Below are positions 40,276-50,729 of a stretch of DNA of 54,751 bases, piece after piece; position 1 is the first letter of the stretch; each line of letters starts with the position of its first letter. The DNA is from a virus (lineage: Duplodnaviria; Heunggongvirae; Uroviricota; Caudoviricetes). A program made the position numbers and the translations under genes. Where the stretch lies: the IMG/VR virus record IMGVR_UViG_2579779067_000001. The stretch is one strand, 5' to 3'. The notes beneath the pieces were generated by a model, which was not told the origin of the DNA, searched no databases, and was given only the letters and a program-made list of their open reading frames with translations.

Positions 40276-40345
40276 CGGCGGAGTTGAAACCGCAGGTACG
40301 TTGTATGCAATAACGTGCTGCGGTTTAATCTTATCAATTGAATAC

Positions 40346-41215
<870 letters not shown>

Positions 41216-41757
41216 CTAACCCTTTGAATTTACATAGCGCAAAAAGATACCTTTCCTCATAATGTGAGCTAATTTTATGTTTCGTTTGATGATCGGATCG
41301 GTCTCGAAACCCGTAGCCACGTCGTATGCAAGAACGTGCTACGACTGGCTGGTGAACTTCCGATAGTGCGAGTATTGAATGATTTCCAACTGTTATCGAT
41401 TTTGCGTATTTTTTGCATGAGAGGATTTTTACCTCCTCCCACCGATCCTCCATGGCTTTACGCCAGTGTCTCTGGTCTGCTATGTGCCAGGAGCGGACGC
41501 TAACCTGATTGACGGGAAATCATATTAAGTCTGCATAAAAAATTAGAATATCTTTAGTTACTATTACTAATGTGTGTATAACTTATGCCTAATTTATCGC
41601 TCCGGCTGAGGGAATCTTGCCTCCGCTGTCACTTTTAGGCATGATAACGACTATTTTTACAGTGGTTCCGAGTTATACTATCTAACAGATTACTTGAACC
41701 GAGTCCGTTTATCAGTATGGCGTTTTATATGCTCAGAGTTCATCCAAGGAGTGACTT

Positions 41758-42234
41758 TTGAAATTTGAACGAATCTATAAAAATATTACTGGCCTTAGCT
41801 GTCCCATATTCGGGATTCAGTGGAACGCGCCAATAATAGAAGCTGACGAAGCAAAGAAGATCGTCATTTTTCTTGAGGACAAGCGCGTTCTTTTCAATCC
41901 TGTCGACATGGAGGGGGCTAGTCATTGCACTTCGAGTGTTATCAACATTAGATCTGAATTGACTAAAGTCCTACAAGGTTTGCCGAGCGATTCACATTTA
42001 GCGAAACAATTAAGGAAAATGAGAAAAGCATGCCAAGAATTCTGTGACAGCGTTGGCTCCCCTAACTTTATCCAACTTGATCATCCTGTTCAAATATCCA
42101 TACTTGAGCGAGCCCTTTTTAAACTGCGACAAAAGTGTGGTAACTCTCTGGCAGAAATAGCGGTTACCTATGGTCTTGATGTTGATGACGGATTAGCCAT
42201 TATTATCCCTTTTAATAATCCCAGTAACATATAG
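41758..42234 (+). CDS. hypothetical protein
   Basis: 158-aa ORF; TTG start preceded by AAGGAG SD; AT-rich cargo block. Confidence 0.45.
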   Translation: MKFERIYKNITGLSCPIFGIQWNAPIIEADEAKKIVIFLEDKRVLFNPVDMEGASHCTSSVINIRSELTKVLQGLPSDSHLAKQLRKMRKACQEFCDSVGSPNFIQLDHPVQISILERALFKLRQKCGNSLAEIAVTYGLDVDDGLAIIIPFNNPSNI

Positions 42235-42482
42235 CAATGACTATGAATTTGCTTGCTTGATTAATTATCATGCAATCGATAGTTTTGGGGCGGAAGCGGT
42301 TAGCAAATTAGTCATTAGTGAGTCGTTATGTCCGTTCATCGCTCATAACAGACATAAACTTCAGTTATGGCATAAAGGTATGCATGCTGGGTGGGGAAAG
42401 TATGAAGGAAAAGAAGACTGCTGCGCCGTTTGTCGTCACGTTTATCTTCATTGGCTATGCAAGTCGTAATACAAGGTGGGAC

Positions 42483-42525
42483 AAAACTGAGACACATAAG
42501 GCCTCGCAATGGCTTGCAAGGCTTT
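42483..42525. repeat. right copy of 43-bp imperfect direct repeat
   Basis: AAAACTGAGACACATAAGGCCTCGCAATGGCTTGCAAGGCTTT. Confidence 0.7.
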
Positions 42526-42601
42526 ACATGTTTTGATGTGGTGGGACGTGTGAGCGCAGTATTGATGGGGTAATGCTTTGAATTAGAAGCGGATTCTTAT
42601 A

Positions 42602-42647
42602 ATTCGTAATGCGAAGGTCGTAGGTTCGACTCCTATTATCGGCACCA
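42602..42647 (+). repeat. attR: 46-bp direct repeat of thrW 3' end
   Basis: identical to 1399-1444. Confidence 0.85.
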
Positions 42648-42811
42648 TCTCCACTTCTTCAAACATCCGTATTAATCCATAATCATACTGTTTTATAAAA
42701 GATTTTTTGTTCTTTTTGTCCATGTTAGTCCATAACCTTCCAGTGGAATCCAGTACTAAATGTGTATAGGATTATGTATATGTTCCTGTTCGATTATGGA
42801 ATTCTATACAC

Positions 42812-43978
42812 ATGCCCCTAAATGATATGCAGATTCGCCGTGCTAAACCTGAAGCTAAAGCCTATACACTTGGGGATGGGCAAGGGTTGTCTTTACTTGT
42901 AGAGCCAAATGGAAGTAAAAGTTGGCGATTTCGTTACCGCTATGCAGGTAAGCCTAAAATGATCTCGCTTGGTGTCTATCCAACGATCACACTTGCTGAA
43001 GCTCGTTCTCGCCGTGATGAGGCACGAAAAATAGTGGCCGAGGGAAAAAATCCTAGTGAGGTTCGAAAAGAACAAAAACTAGCATTAAGAATTCAATCTG
43101 AGAACGCATTCGAAAAGATTGCCAGAGAGTGGCATCAGATGAAATCGGCAAAATGGTCTGCTGGGTATGCCTCAGATATTATTGAAGCGTTCCAGAATGA
43201 TATTTTTCCGTATGTGGGGGCGAGGCCTGTAGGGGAAATTAAACCGCTAGAATTGCTAAATGTACTGCGTAAAATTGAGAAGCGTGGTGCATTGGAGAAA
43301 ATGCGCAAAGTGCGGCAACGTTGCTCAGAGGTTTTTCGATATGCCATTGCTACTGGAAGAGCAGAGTTTAATCCTGCGGCAGATCTGTCCAGTGCCCTTG
43401 AAGTTCATAAATCAAATCATTTTCCTTTCTTAAAATCAGATGAGATACCTGATTTTCTGCGTGCTTTAGATAGTTATACAGGAAGCCGACTTGTTCAGAT
43501 TGCCACAAAATTATTAATGGTTACGGGGGTTAGAACTATCGAGTTACGAGCAGCATTATGGCAAGAGTTTGATCTAGATAACGCTATTTGGGAAATTCCT
43601 GCTGAGAGAATGAAAATGCGTAGGCCGCACCTTGTCCCCTTATCGACGCAGGCGCTAGGCTTTCTTAATGAACTCAAATCTATGACAGGAAATTATCGTT
43701 ATGTTTTTCCTGGACGGAATGATCCAAATAAACCTATGAGTGAGGCAAGTGTTAATCAACTTATCAAACGAATAGGCTATGCTGGAAAACTTACAGGACA
43801 TGGGTTTAGGCATACATTATCAACAATTCTTCATGAAAATGGCTTTAATACCGCTTGGATTGAAATGCAACTTGCTCATGTAGATAAAAACTCTATAAGA
43901 GGAACATATAATCACGCCCAATATTTTGAAAAGCGAAAGGTGATGATGCAATGGTATTCAGATAATATTTTTAGTTAA
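42812..43978 (+). CDS. int: P4-type tyrosine integrase
   Basis: 388 aa; N-terminal GLSLLVEPNGSKSWRFRYRYAGK arm-binding pattern; C-terminal HGFRHT catalytic region. Confidence 0.9.
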   Translation: MPLNDMQIRRAKPEAKAYTLGDGQGLSLLVEPNGSKSWRFRYRYAGKPKMISLGVYPTITLAEARSRRDEARKIVAEGKNPSEVRKEQKLALRIQSENAFEKIAREWHQMKSAKWSAGYASDIIEAFQNDIFPYVGARPVGEIKPLELLNVLRKIEKRGALEKMRKVRQRCSEVFRYAIATGRAEFNPAADLSSALEVHKSNHFPFLKSDEIPDFLRALDSYTGSRLVQIATKLLMVTGVRTIELRAALWQEFDLDNAIWEIPAERMKMRRPHLVPLSTQALGFLNELKSMTGNYRYVFPGRNDPNKPMSEASVNQLIKRIGYAGKLTGHGFRHTLSTILHENGFNTAWIEMQLAHVDKNSIRGTYNHAQYFEKRKVMMQWYSDNIFS

Positions 43979-44024
43979 TATAATTGTTTTTTAGTTTTAG
44001 TATTTATTTTTTTATAAAAAAGAG

Positions 44025-44040
44025 AAGGGGCTAGCCCCTT
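44025..44040. terminator. bidirectional hairpin between convergent int and hotspot gene
   Basis: AAGGGGCTAGCCCCTT palindrome. Confidence 0.55.
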
Positions 44041-44049
44041 CGAAAATTA

Positions 44050-45645
44050 CTAATTATTGTCATCGTGAAATAAGTTTATGAAGACAATGTCATCCCTTTT
44101 CATATATTTATCTGCTATTGATTTTGTTTTTGTTATTAATTTTTTTGTGATATCTTCATTGTGATAACAATACATTATGTCTTCTAATTTTATACTGGGG
44201 TTAGACAGGTGATATTCATTTTTAGAGTAAACTCCTTTTCCGTTAATGGTGATTATAACAAGCACTATAAAATCACCTAGTTTAGTGGCGATAACTGCTA
44301 AACAACATGCATTTATTTCACTTGGAGGTGATTTTATTTTATTCTTAGATGTCAGTTTCATTGCTGGGGAATAATTTGGGTTACTTAGTAATTGCCCAAT
44401 TATGTTAGTATTATCACTATGTATACCCAATTTTGTAATAGTTGTCTTAACTTGCCCCTGAATACTTAATCGGTCAGATATAATAATAGCATTCTCTGTT
44501 GTATTTAATGCCTGAATACAGCTTTCAATTAATGAGGTGTCTTGTATTAGTTCTTTATTGGCATTTGTTATTAAAGTCATTGGGTTATGACTGTTAGAAA
44601 TATTTATTTCAAATTCCAGCATGTCCTTCTGTTCATAAATCCATCGCATGATGGTTAAATTATCTTTGATCTCAAATAGATTCAATATGTTGTCATATGA
44701 ATCAAATCGATATGTAAGGAGTCCTGTTTTAAGATAAATTAAAATGTCGAAATAAGAGGATTTTAATCTTGCTTTGATATGCTTATCTGGAGCATTGATG
44801 GATAGTGGACTAACATATAATTTACATTCGAGGCGAATGGTTTTTTTTGATGTCATGTTTGTTATTTTCAATATGGCATCTGTTTCAAAATTTTCAACCC
44901 CAAACGATAAATCGGCTTCAGAAAAACTCTTGTTCTCAAGAGGCATAGAGATATTAAATCGTTCGTCAAAGCACTTTATATTTCTAACTTTCGCTTTATT
45001 AACCCATCCAAGAGACGCATTGATCAGATTATCGTATTCAACTTCCGCTTTTGTCTGAAAAGTTAATTTATATCCTCCATTTTCATAACCTAAATTTTTT
45101 AAGTGATTTATTTTCTTTTCAGTATAAACTTCCATACCTTCATTTACGTATGATTCAATTGTAGACTTTAAATGTTCACCTGTTATTGCGTCTAATTTAT
45201 GGGTGCTGTCAAATGATACTGTAATGTTAATTTTGTTCAGTTTTTTGGGTTCTTTTAAAATAGAGTTTTCTCTGGCTCTTTGTAATGTTTTAAACATTAG
45301 ATTTTTATCAAAGTGTCTAACATAAACTGCTTGTGGAGTATTGCTTTTATTATACTCAATGAAAAAAAAGAAAGCGGGGAGCTTACTTCCGCATAAACGC
45401 ATCATATTTGATAAAGTAATTTGTACTTTTTTTGAAGTACCATCAGTTGCTTTGACTTGAATTTTACACTCGATAGGGGATGCACTTTTATCTATCATTG
45501 GGTGAGTTGAAAATTGTGTAGGGAAGTCAACAATGAAATCCCATCCAGCACTGTCTTTTAATGATGGGTTGTATATTAACCCAACAGATGCGCAAAGTTG
45601 CATAAATAATGCTTCGCCCATGCTTCCTAGATCCCGTTCTTGCAC
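44050..45645 (-). CDS. P4-hotspot protein of unknown function (possible N-terminal PD-(D/E)xK-like nuclease motif)
   Basis: 531 aa; very AT-rich; GTG start with AAGGTG SD; N-terminal GEALF...GWDFIVDF...ECKIQVK. Confidence 0.7.
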   Translation of the reverse strand: MQERDLGSMGEALFMQLCASVGLIYNPSLKDSAGWDFIVDFPTQFSTHPMIDKSASPIECKIQVKATDGTSKKVQITLSNMMRLCGSKLPAFFFFIEYNKSNTPQAVYVRHFDKNLMFKTLQRARENSILKEPKKLNKINITVSFDSTHKLDAITGEHLKSTIESYVNEGMEVYTEKKINHLKNLGYENGGYKLTFQTKAEVEYDNLINASLGWVNKAKVRNIKCFDERFNISMPLENKSFSEADLSFGVENFETDAILKITNMTSKKTIRLECKLYVSPLSINAPDKHIKARLKSSYFDILIYLKTGLLTYRFDSYDNILNLFEIKDNLTIMRWIYEQKDMLEFEINISNSHNPMTLITNANKELIQDTSLIESCIQALNTTENAIIISDRLSIQGQVKTTITKLGIHSDNTNIIGQLLSNPNYSPAMKLTSKNKIKSPPSEINACCLAVIATKLGDFIVLVIITINGKGVYSKNEYHLSNPSIKLEDIMYCYHNEDITKKLITKTKSIADKYMKRDDIVFINLFHDDNN

Positions 45646-46055
45646 ATTATCACCTTTCTAACAAATAATGTTCCATATCATCAGTTAACATCAAGTTTGA
45701 AAAACACAATTGATGCTGCGAACTAAGTTACAAGTATTCTAATAAAAAATTAAATTTGCAGGCAACAATGTATTGTAGTTGAACAAGATATGTAAAACAC
45801 GATGCAACATTGAAGTTATCCAATTCGAAACAAGTTTCCATTAACAGTGGCAGAATGCCTTTGCTGCAGTTGATTAAGATAACACCTTAGATGTCTTACG
45901 GAGCCAAGCCTTCTATGATCTATATCAGTTGTTTTCACACTATCTCCATTATGTAAAACATTATGTTTTATGACAGTTGAATGCGTTAGATTCCTTAGGC
46001 TCTTTTAGCTAAGGTATTTGGGGTTACTGGATTTCAATTTCCTTTTTAGCGCGCA

Positions 46056-46074
46056 GTGCTTTCCCCGCCTCGCC
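46056..46074 (-). other. P2/P4-type cos site (19-nt cohesive end sequence)
   Basis: GTGCTTTCCCCGCCTCGCC is the reverse complement of GGCGAGGCGGGGAAAGCAC (P2/P4 cos, memory). Confidence 0.5.
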
Positions 46075-46238
46075 CGCCCGCTTTGCGGGGCGGTTTTAAT
46101 GCAGTTGTACTGACACGCTCAGACTGCGCCGGGAATGGCGCGGTCTGCAGAAAATGAGGCAGGGAAACGCATGCAAAGCCATGCACCTTATCGATGCATG
46201 GCTTTTTTCAGTAAAAACGGGCGGATTTTCGGGGAATT

Positions 46239-46811
46239 TTACACAGACTGACGTGATGCCAGTTGCGCACTTTTACGCGAAAAAATCATGTTCTGCGCAG
46301 GGGTGAATTTTTCACGGCTGTCATCCACCGAAGCCGCGTCAGGCCTGAATCCGATGGTCGTTAAAATGTCGCTATCCTGTGCGGAATAATTAATTTTTTC
46401 CCCCTTCGCAAGCCAGGACAGAAGGGCTTCACGCAGGGCATCTGTGGCACGCTGTATGGCACAGTTTCGGGCAATGGCCGTCAGCTCACTGTAGCCCATC
46501 AGCTCCGGTGCCAGTGCCGCCGCCAGTGCTGTGCCGTGCTGCTGCATAAAATCATTCAGCCGGTCGCGGATGCTGATGTGCTGAACGGCTTCATGCGAAC
46601 GAATATAACGACCGGCGGCCTGATTCACCTGCCATTTTCTGACTTCGATAATATTGCGTAATTCGTCCAGGCGACTGACGTTTCTGCCTTCCCCGGACAG
46701 AAGCCGCAGATATTCCTGTTCGGCCGCAGCCAGCTCATTTTTGCGTTGCAGCCATGCTGCTTTGTTATTCTGACAGGTGTCAAAGGCCTGCTGTAAGGCT
46801 GTGCTTTCCAT
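46239..46811 (-). CDS. psu: polarity suppression protein Psu
   Basis: 190 aa, the size of P4 Psu; order sid-delta-psu. Confidence 0.8.
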   Translation of the reverse strand: MESTALQQAFDTCQNNKAAWLQRKNELAAAEQEYLRLLSGEGRNVSRLDELRNIIEVRKWQVNQAAGRYIRSHEAVQHISIRDRLNDFMQQHGTALAAALAPELMGYSELTAIARNCAIQRATDALREALLSWLAKGEKINYSAQDSDILTTIGFRPDAASVDDSREKFTPAQNMIFSRKSAQLASRQSV

Positions 46812-46884
46812 CGTTATCTCTTTCTCATCATGCTGAAGAATAAAAATACGGTGTGCGGCGACGGCCGGGGTTAACCGGCAGCCC

Positions 46885-47385
46885 TCATTCCAGACGCAGC
46901 GAATATGATTGTGTTTTTAACCGTACTGGCGGCAGTTCCTGTTTTTCATGCAGGCGTTCTGCCAGTTCGTCCGGCGTGACCGGGCGGACAATGAAGCGGG
47001 TGATGGTCTGAAGCGTTTTAAACACCAGACCACAGCCCGGATCCGTGCACACATAAAAACGCTCGGTGACTTCCTGAGACAGACGCCGCGATGTTCTTGA
47101 CAGTGCAAGGCCTTTACATCTCCGACAACAATATCCGGTAACAAGCATTCTTTTCGGGCGTTTCATGCTACCGGAGGCTGACGTCAGTGAATCGCGGTAT
47201 CTCTGTTTGCCTGAAATGTATTCCATTCCTGAATCTTTACAGTCAGAGAAAAAGCTTTCACTCGCTTCAAATGTCGCAGAGCAATAAATATTCCGGCACT
47301 GTGCAATCATTATCTTGGTGCCATCGTCCATGAAATGTGCGCGACGGGTGTGAGCAACATGTCCACACGACGGGCAGTAAATCAT
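46885..47385 (-). CDS. delta: late transcription activator Delta (tandem Ogr-type zinc fingers)
   Basis: 166 aa; CPSCGH...CRNIYCSATF repeated twice. Confidence 0.85.
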   Translation of the reverse strand: MIYCPSCGHVAHTRRAHFMDDGTKIMIAQCRNIYCSATFEASESFFSDCKDSGMEYISGKQRYRDSLTSASGSMKRPKRMLVTGYCCRRCKGLALSRTSRRLSQEVTERFYVCTDPGCGLVFKTLQTITRFIVRPVTPDELAERLHEKQELPPVRLKTQSYSLRLE

Positions 47386-48134
47386 GACAGCAGCCCTCTG
47401 GCCTTAAGCTCTGCTCCCTGCTGGTCTATTTTGTCCTGCCACACCTTGCGCTGTGCCGGTGTGCCTGCCACCTCATAATCCATGTGCGGAAGTGTTGCCG
47501 CTGACAGTCCGGTCAGCCGGAGAACCGGCTCGCCGGTGAGGCTGATTTGCATCTGTTTAATTTTCTGTTCCAGCGATGATTTCACCTGCTGCATGACAGC
47601 CTTTTCCGGTGCGACGCAGCCCTGATGGCCGGTGGTGTTGGCGAGCGGATTTTCCTGTACCAGGATACTCAGATGCATTGCCCGGACAAGCGCCTCACAG
47701 GTTTCATTCAGGGCGTGTTCCAGCTCATGCTCTGCATACAGACTCAGAAGGTGATGATGTGCCTTCCGGTAGGCGGTGGCCGTGCTGTCACACGCCCCTT
47801 TCAGGCGTTCACGTTCAAAATTCAGCACCACGGCCAGATTGTCATATTCCTGTACCAGCTCCCGGCGTGCCACGCGCTCAATGTGGCGCTGTTTCAGCTC
47901 GTCGCTCAGGACACCACCGGCTGCACGAAAGGCCGTGCGCCAGTCGTCAGCGTCGTTTCCGTCGGCCTGCGCCAGCGCATTTTTTTCCTGCTCTGCCCGT
48001 TCAATGGCCGTGACGGTCTCATCCATCAGGCGGGCGTTCTCAAGATGGGCGGCTCTGGCCTTTTCCAGTTGTGCCAGCGCGGGTTGCAGATATTCAGGGA
48101 TGGTGTTGTCAGACATTTTCCGGCTCCTCGTCAC
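47382..48134 (-). CDS. sid: capsid size determination protein Sid
   Basis: 250 aa, alpha-helical; position upstream of delta and psu. Confidence 0.75.
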   Translation of the reverse strand: MTRSRKMSDNTIPEYLQPALAQLEKARAAHLENARLMDETVTAIERAEQEKNALAQADGNDADDWRTAFRAAGGVLSDELKQRHIERVARRELVQEYDNLAVVLNFERERLKGACDSTATAYRKAHHHLLSLYAEHELEHALNETCEALVRAMHLSILVQENPLANTTGHQGCVAPEKAVMQQVKSSLEQKIKQMQISLTGEPVLRLTGLSAATLPHMDYEVAGTPAQRKVWQDKIDQQGAELKARGLLS

Positions 48135-48283
48135 TTCAGGTTAAGAAAATTGTGACGTACACCGGACAACAACACGACGCATTGCAGATGTGCCAGCCCT
48201 GACACAGGAGACTCATCCTCAGACCGGCAAGCCAGGAAAAGGTCGCAGGAAAAACCGGCTTACTGTTTGTTTTTTTATATTTT

Positions 48284-48390
48284 ACTGTTCACCTCTGTTC
48301 ACCATAAGAAAAAAGATAAGTAATACAGTAAGTTAAAGGGTGAACAATCGCAGTAATGACTGTTCACCGTCTGTTCACCACTGTTCACCC
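48284..48390. repeat. P4 ori-like iteron cluster (six TGTTCACC octamers)
   Basis: TGTTCACC at about 48286, 48295, 48338 (reverse), 48360, 48371, 48381. Confidence 0.65.
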
Positions 48391-48668
48391 GTTGATGGGC
48401 TTTTTGTGCTGTTTATTACTGTTTGTTTTTATTAATTCGCCGGGAATGAATAAGAAAAAACGATTTGTATTTCACTATAAAAATTACGAATTGCTTTAAG
48501 TGGCTTTAAATGACTTTAAGTGGAGATGAACAAAAAACACACAAGCATTGTAAGGCTGCCGGAACAAATCCCCCCTGTTGCGTCTGCTGAAAATATTCAC
48601 AAAATAAAGCGCTACCCGAAGCCGGACGGACTTATCCGGTGCTGTATGGACATTAACGAGGTAGCCCG

Positions 48669-48935
48669 ATGCAAGCTGTTTTTTCTTCCCCGTCTCCCGC
48701 CCCTGTGACGCCACTGATGCCGCTGCCGGACATCACGCAGGAGCGTTTTTTACGTCTGCCGGAAGTGATGCACCTGTGCGGCCTGTCACGCTCGACCATC
48801 TACGAACTCATCCGTAAGGGGGAATTTCCGCCGCAGGTGAGTCTTGGCGGTAAAAATGTGGCCTGGCTGCACTCTGAAGTCACCGCATGGATGGCCGGGC
48901 GCATTGCCGGACGCAAACGGGGGTACGACGCATGA
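48669..48935 (+). CDS. Vis/AlpA-family HTH regulator (P4 orf88-like)
   Basis: 88 aa; [28 protein letters not shown]lpA-type HTH. Confidence 0.7.
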   Translation: MQAVFSSPSPAPVTPLMPLPDITQERFLRLPEVMHLCGLSRSTIYELIRKGEFPPQVSLGGKNVAWLHSEVTAWMAGRIAGRKRGYDA

Positions 48936-49531
48936 TGATGCCTGTTCTGCAAAAAGTCCCTTTTTCTGGCTTGCCTTTTTCCGGCATTTGCGGATATAGT
49001 TTTTCCGCTGCCGCAAAATCGGCAGCCGGGCGTGAGAACCCGAGTATGTTATCGGCGACATATGACGCGCCATGCGTCTTTTTTTGTGTCGCAATCAACG
49101 CCACAGAGCGCCAGATTATGGTGTGGTGTGTGGTCAGTCGAGCAGATGGCACTCCGTGCATCCTGCCCGCGTCCGCTCATTATGCCGCAGAGTCAATGGT
49201 AGCTCAGGCGGGGCAGCCTCCGGGCTGGCCGGTATCCGTTAGAGCCGGTATTTCCACCCCCGTCTGGGCTATCGCCATCGAGCGTGGAAACTCCGGCGAT
49301 AGCGTAACCTGCTATCTAACGGAGGCTGCCATCATGGCTACAACCCTTACCCCTTCACACCCTGAATTTGTCTTTGTGTTTGCGGCTGTCCGTCGCGCAG
49401 ACCGTCATCCCCGTATCTGTATGCTTCGCACCGTCGCCGGTGATGAACGCAGTGCCCGCCGTTCCCTTGTCCGTGACTATGTGCTCTCCCTTGCTGCCCG
49501 TCTGCCGGTGGTGGAGGTGTCCCGTGCGTAA
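48932..49531 (+). CDS. hypothetical P4-like protein (199 aa from internal ATG)
   Basis: ATG at 48932 gives 199 aa, matching a P4 ORF size (memory). Confidence 0.4.
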   Translation: MMMPVLQKVPFSGLPFSGICGYSFSAAAKSAAGRENPSMLSATYDAPCVFFCVAINATERQIMVWCVVSRADGTPCILPASAHYAAESMVAQAGQPPGWPVSVRAGISTPVWAIAIERGNSGDSVTCYLTEAAIMATTLTPSHPEFVFVFAAVRRADRHPRICMLRTVAGDERSARRSLVRDYVLSLAARLPVVEVSRA

Positions 49532-49811
49532 TAAAAAAGCCCCTCAGACCGTCTCAGCACGTCATGACGCCCGTGAACACCTCAGCATTGAGGCTTACCA
49601 TAAGCTCAACCGCGCCAGCGCCGTATCCCAGTTTGTTGGGGGGGATTTGATTCACCGTGAACTCTCCGGCCTGCATCAGCTCTACATTCCGCATATTTTC
49701 AGCTACCTGAATGAAGATATTGATTTTGTGCTGAATGAGCTGAAAGCCAAAGGCCTGTGCCGCGATTTTCTCGCCCAGCAGAAAGACCGGGGAGACAGGA
49801 CGCATGTTTGA
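49524..49811 (+). CDS. hypothetical P4-like protein (about 95 aa, GTG start)
   Basis: GTG overlapping upstream stop; protein-like segment of track ORF 49368..49811. Confidence 0.4.
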   Translation: MRNKKAPQTVSARHDAREHLSIEAYHKLNRASAVSQFVGGDLIHRELSGLHQLYIPHIFSYLNEDIDFVLNELKAKGLCRDFLAQQKDRGDRTHV

Positions 49812-50259
49812 TTTTCCCCAGCCCGGTGAGATTTACCGTTCTGCCGGTTTTCCCGATGTGGCCGTGGTCGGCATTCTGGAAGACGGTATTCCGTGGGAAA
49901 TGCCGTACCGCTGCCCGGAAATTGTCTGGAACCCGTACCGCCGTAAATTCAGTATCCTTGTGCGTATCCTCGCCGACGGGCGCACCACAGACATCCCGCT
50001 GGGGCGTTTTCTGCGGGAATTTACCTGTGACCGTCCTGACCTGTTTAAACGCAGCCCCGTAAACCGGCATGCGGTACTGAAAGAAATGGCCGGAGACCCG
50101 GAATTACAGAAATGGCGGGAGAAATATCTGGATATTTACCCGCAGGACCCTGTTCCGGCCAGCCGGGCGGCACCGGTGGCGCGGGAATGGCGGGAAATTC
50201 CCTGCACGGAGCCTGACCCGGAAATCACCCCGGATAACAGTTACCGCAATTATCTGTAA
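49804..50259 (+). CDS. hypothetical P4-like protein (151 aa)
   Basis: 151-aa ORF; size matches P4 orf151 (memory). Confidence 0.5.
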   Translation: MFDFPQPGEIYRSAGFPDVAVVGILEDGIPWEMPYRCPEIVWNPYRRKFSILVRILADGRTTDIPLGRFLREFTCDRPDLFKRSPVNRHAVLKEMAGDPELQKWREKYLDIYPQDPVPASRAAPVAREWREIPCTEPDPEITPDNSYRNYL

Positions 50260-50394
50260 TTAAAAAACGACACCCGAAAAATTAAATGTGCGTATTCGCG
50301 CAGGGATACGCACGTCTTCAGGAGACGCAGATATGCCTTATCAGTTAATGCAACCGGCACGGAATGCAGTCATCTGTCACAGGGAGGAACACAA

Positions 50395-50715
50395 ATGAAA
50401 ACACCCTTACCGCCCGTCTTACGCGCTGCCCTTTACCGTCGCGCTGTCGCCTGTGCCTGGTTGACCGTGTGCGAACGTCAGCACCGCTACCCGCATCTCA
50501 CCCTTGAGTCACTGGAGGCGGCCATCGCCGCTGAGCTGGAAGGCTTTTATCTGCGCCAGCACGGTGAGGAAAAAGGGCGTCAGATAGCCTGTGCCCTGCT
50601 GGAAGATTTAATGGAATCCGGCCCCCTGAAGGCCGCGCCGTCGCTGTCCTTTCTCGGGCTGGTTGTGATGGATGAACTCTGTGCCCGTCACATAAAAGCG
50701 CCGGTACTGCACTGA
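50395..50715 (+). CDS. hypothetical P4-like protein (106 aa)
   Basis: ORF directly upstream of alpha. Confidence 0.45.
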
Positions 50716-50729
50716 AGGAGAACAACACC

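Noticed and set aside
47609-48155. Plus-strand ORFs antisense to sid
   Set aside because: Arg/Pro-rich antisense artefacts opposite a well-supported sid gene.
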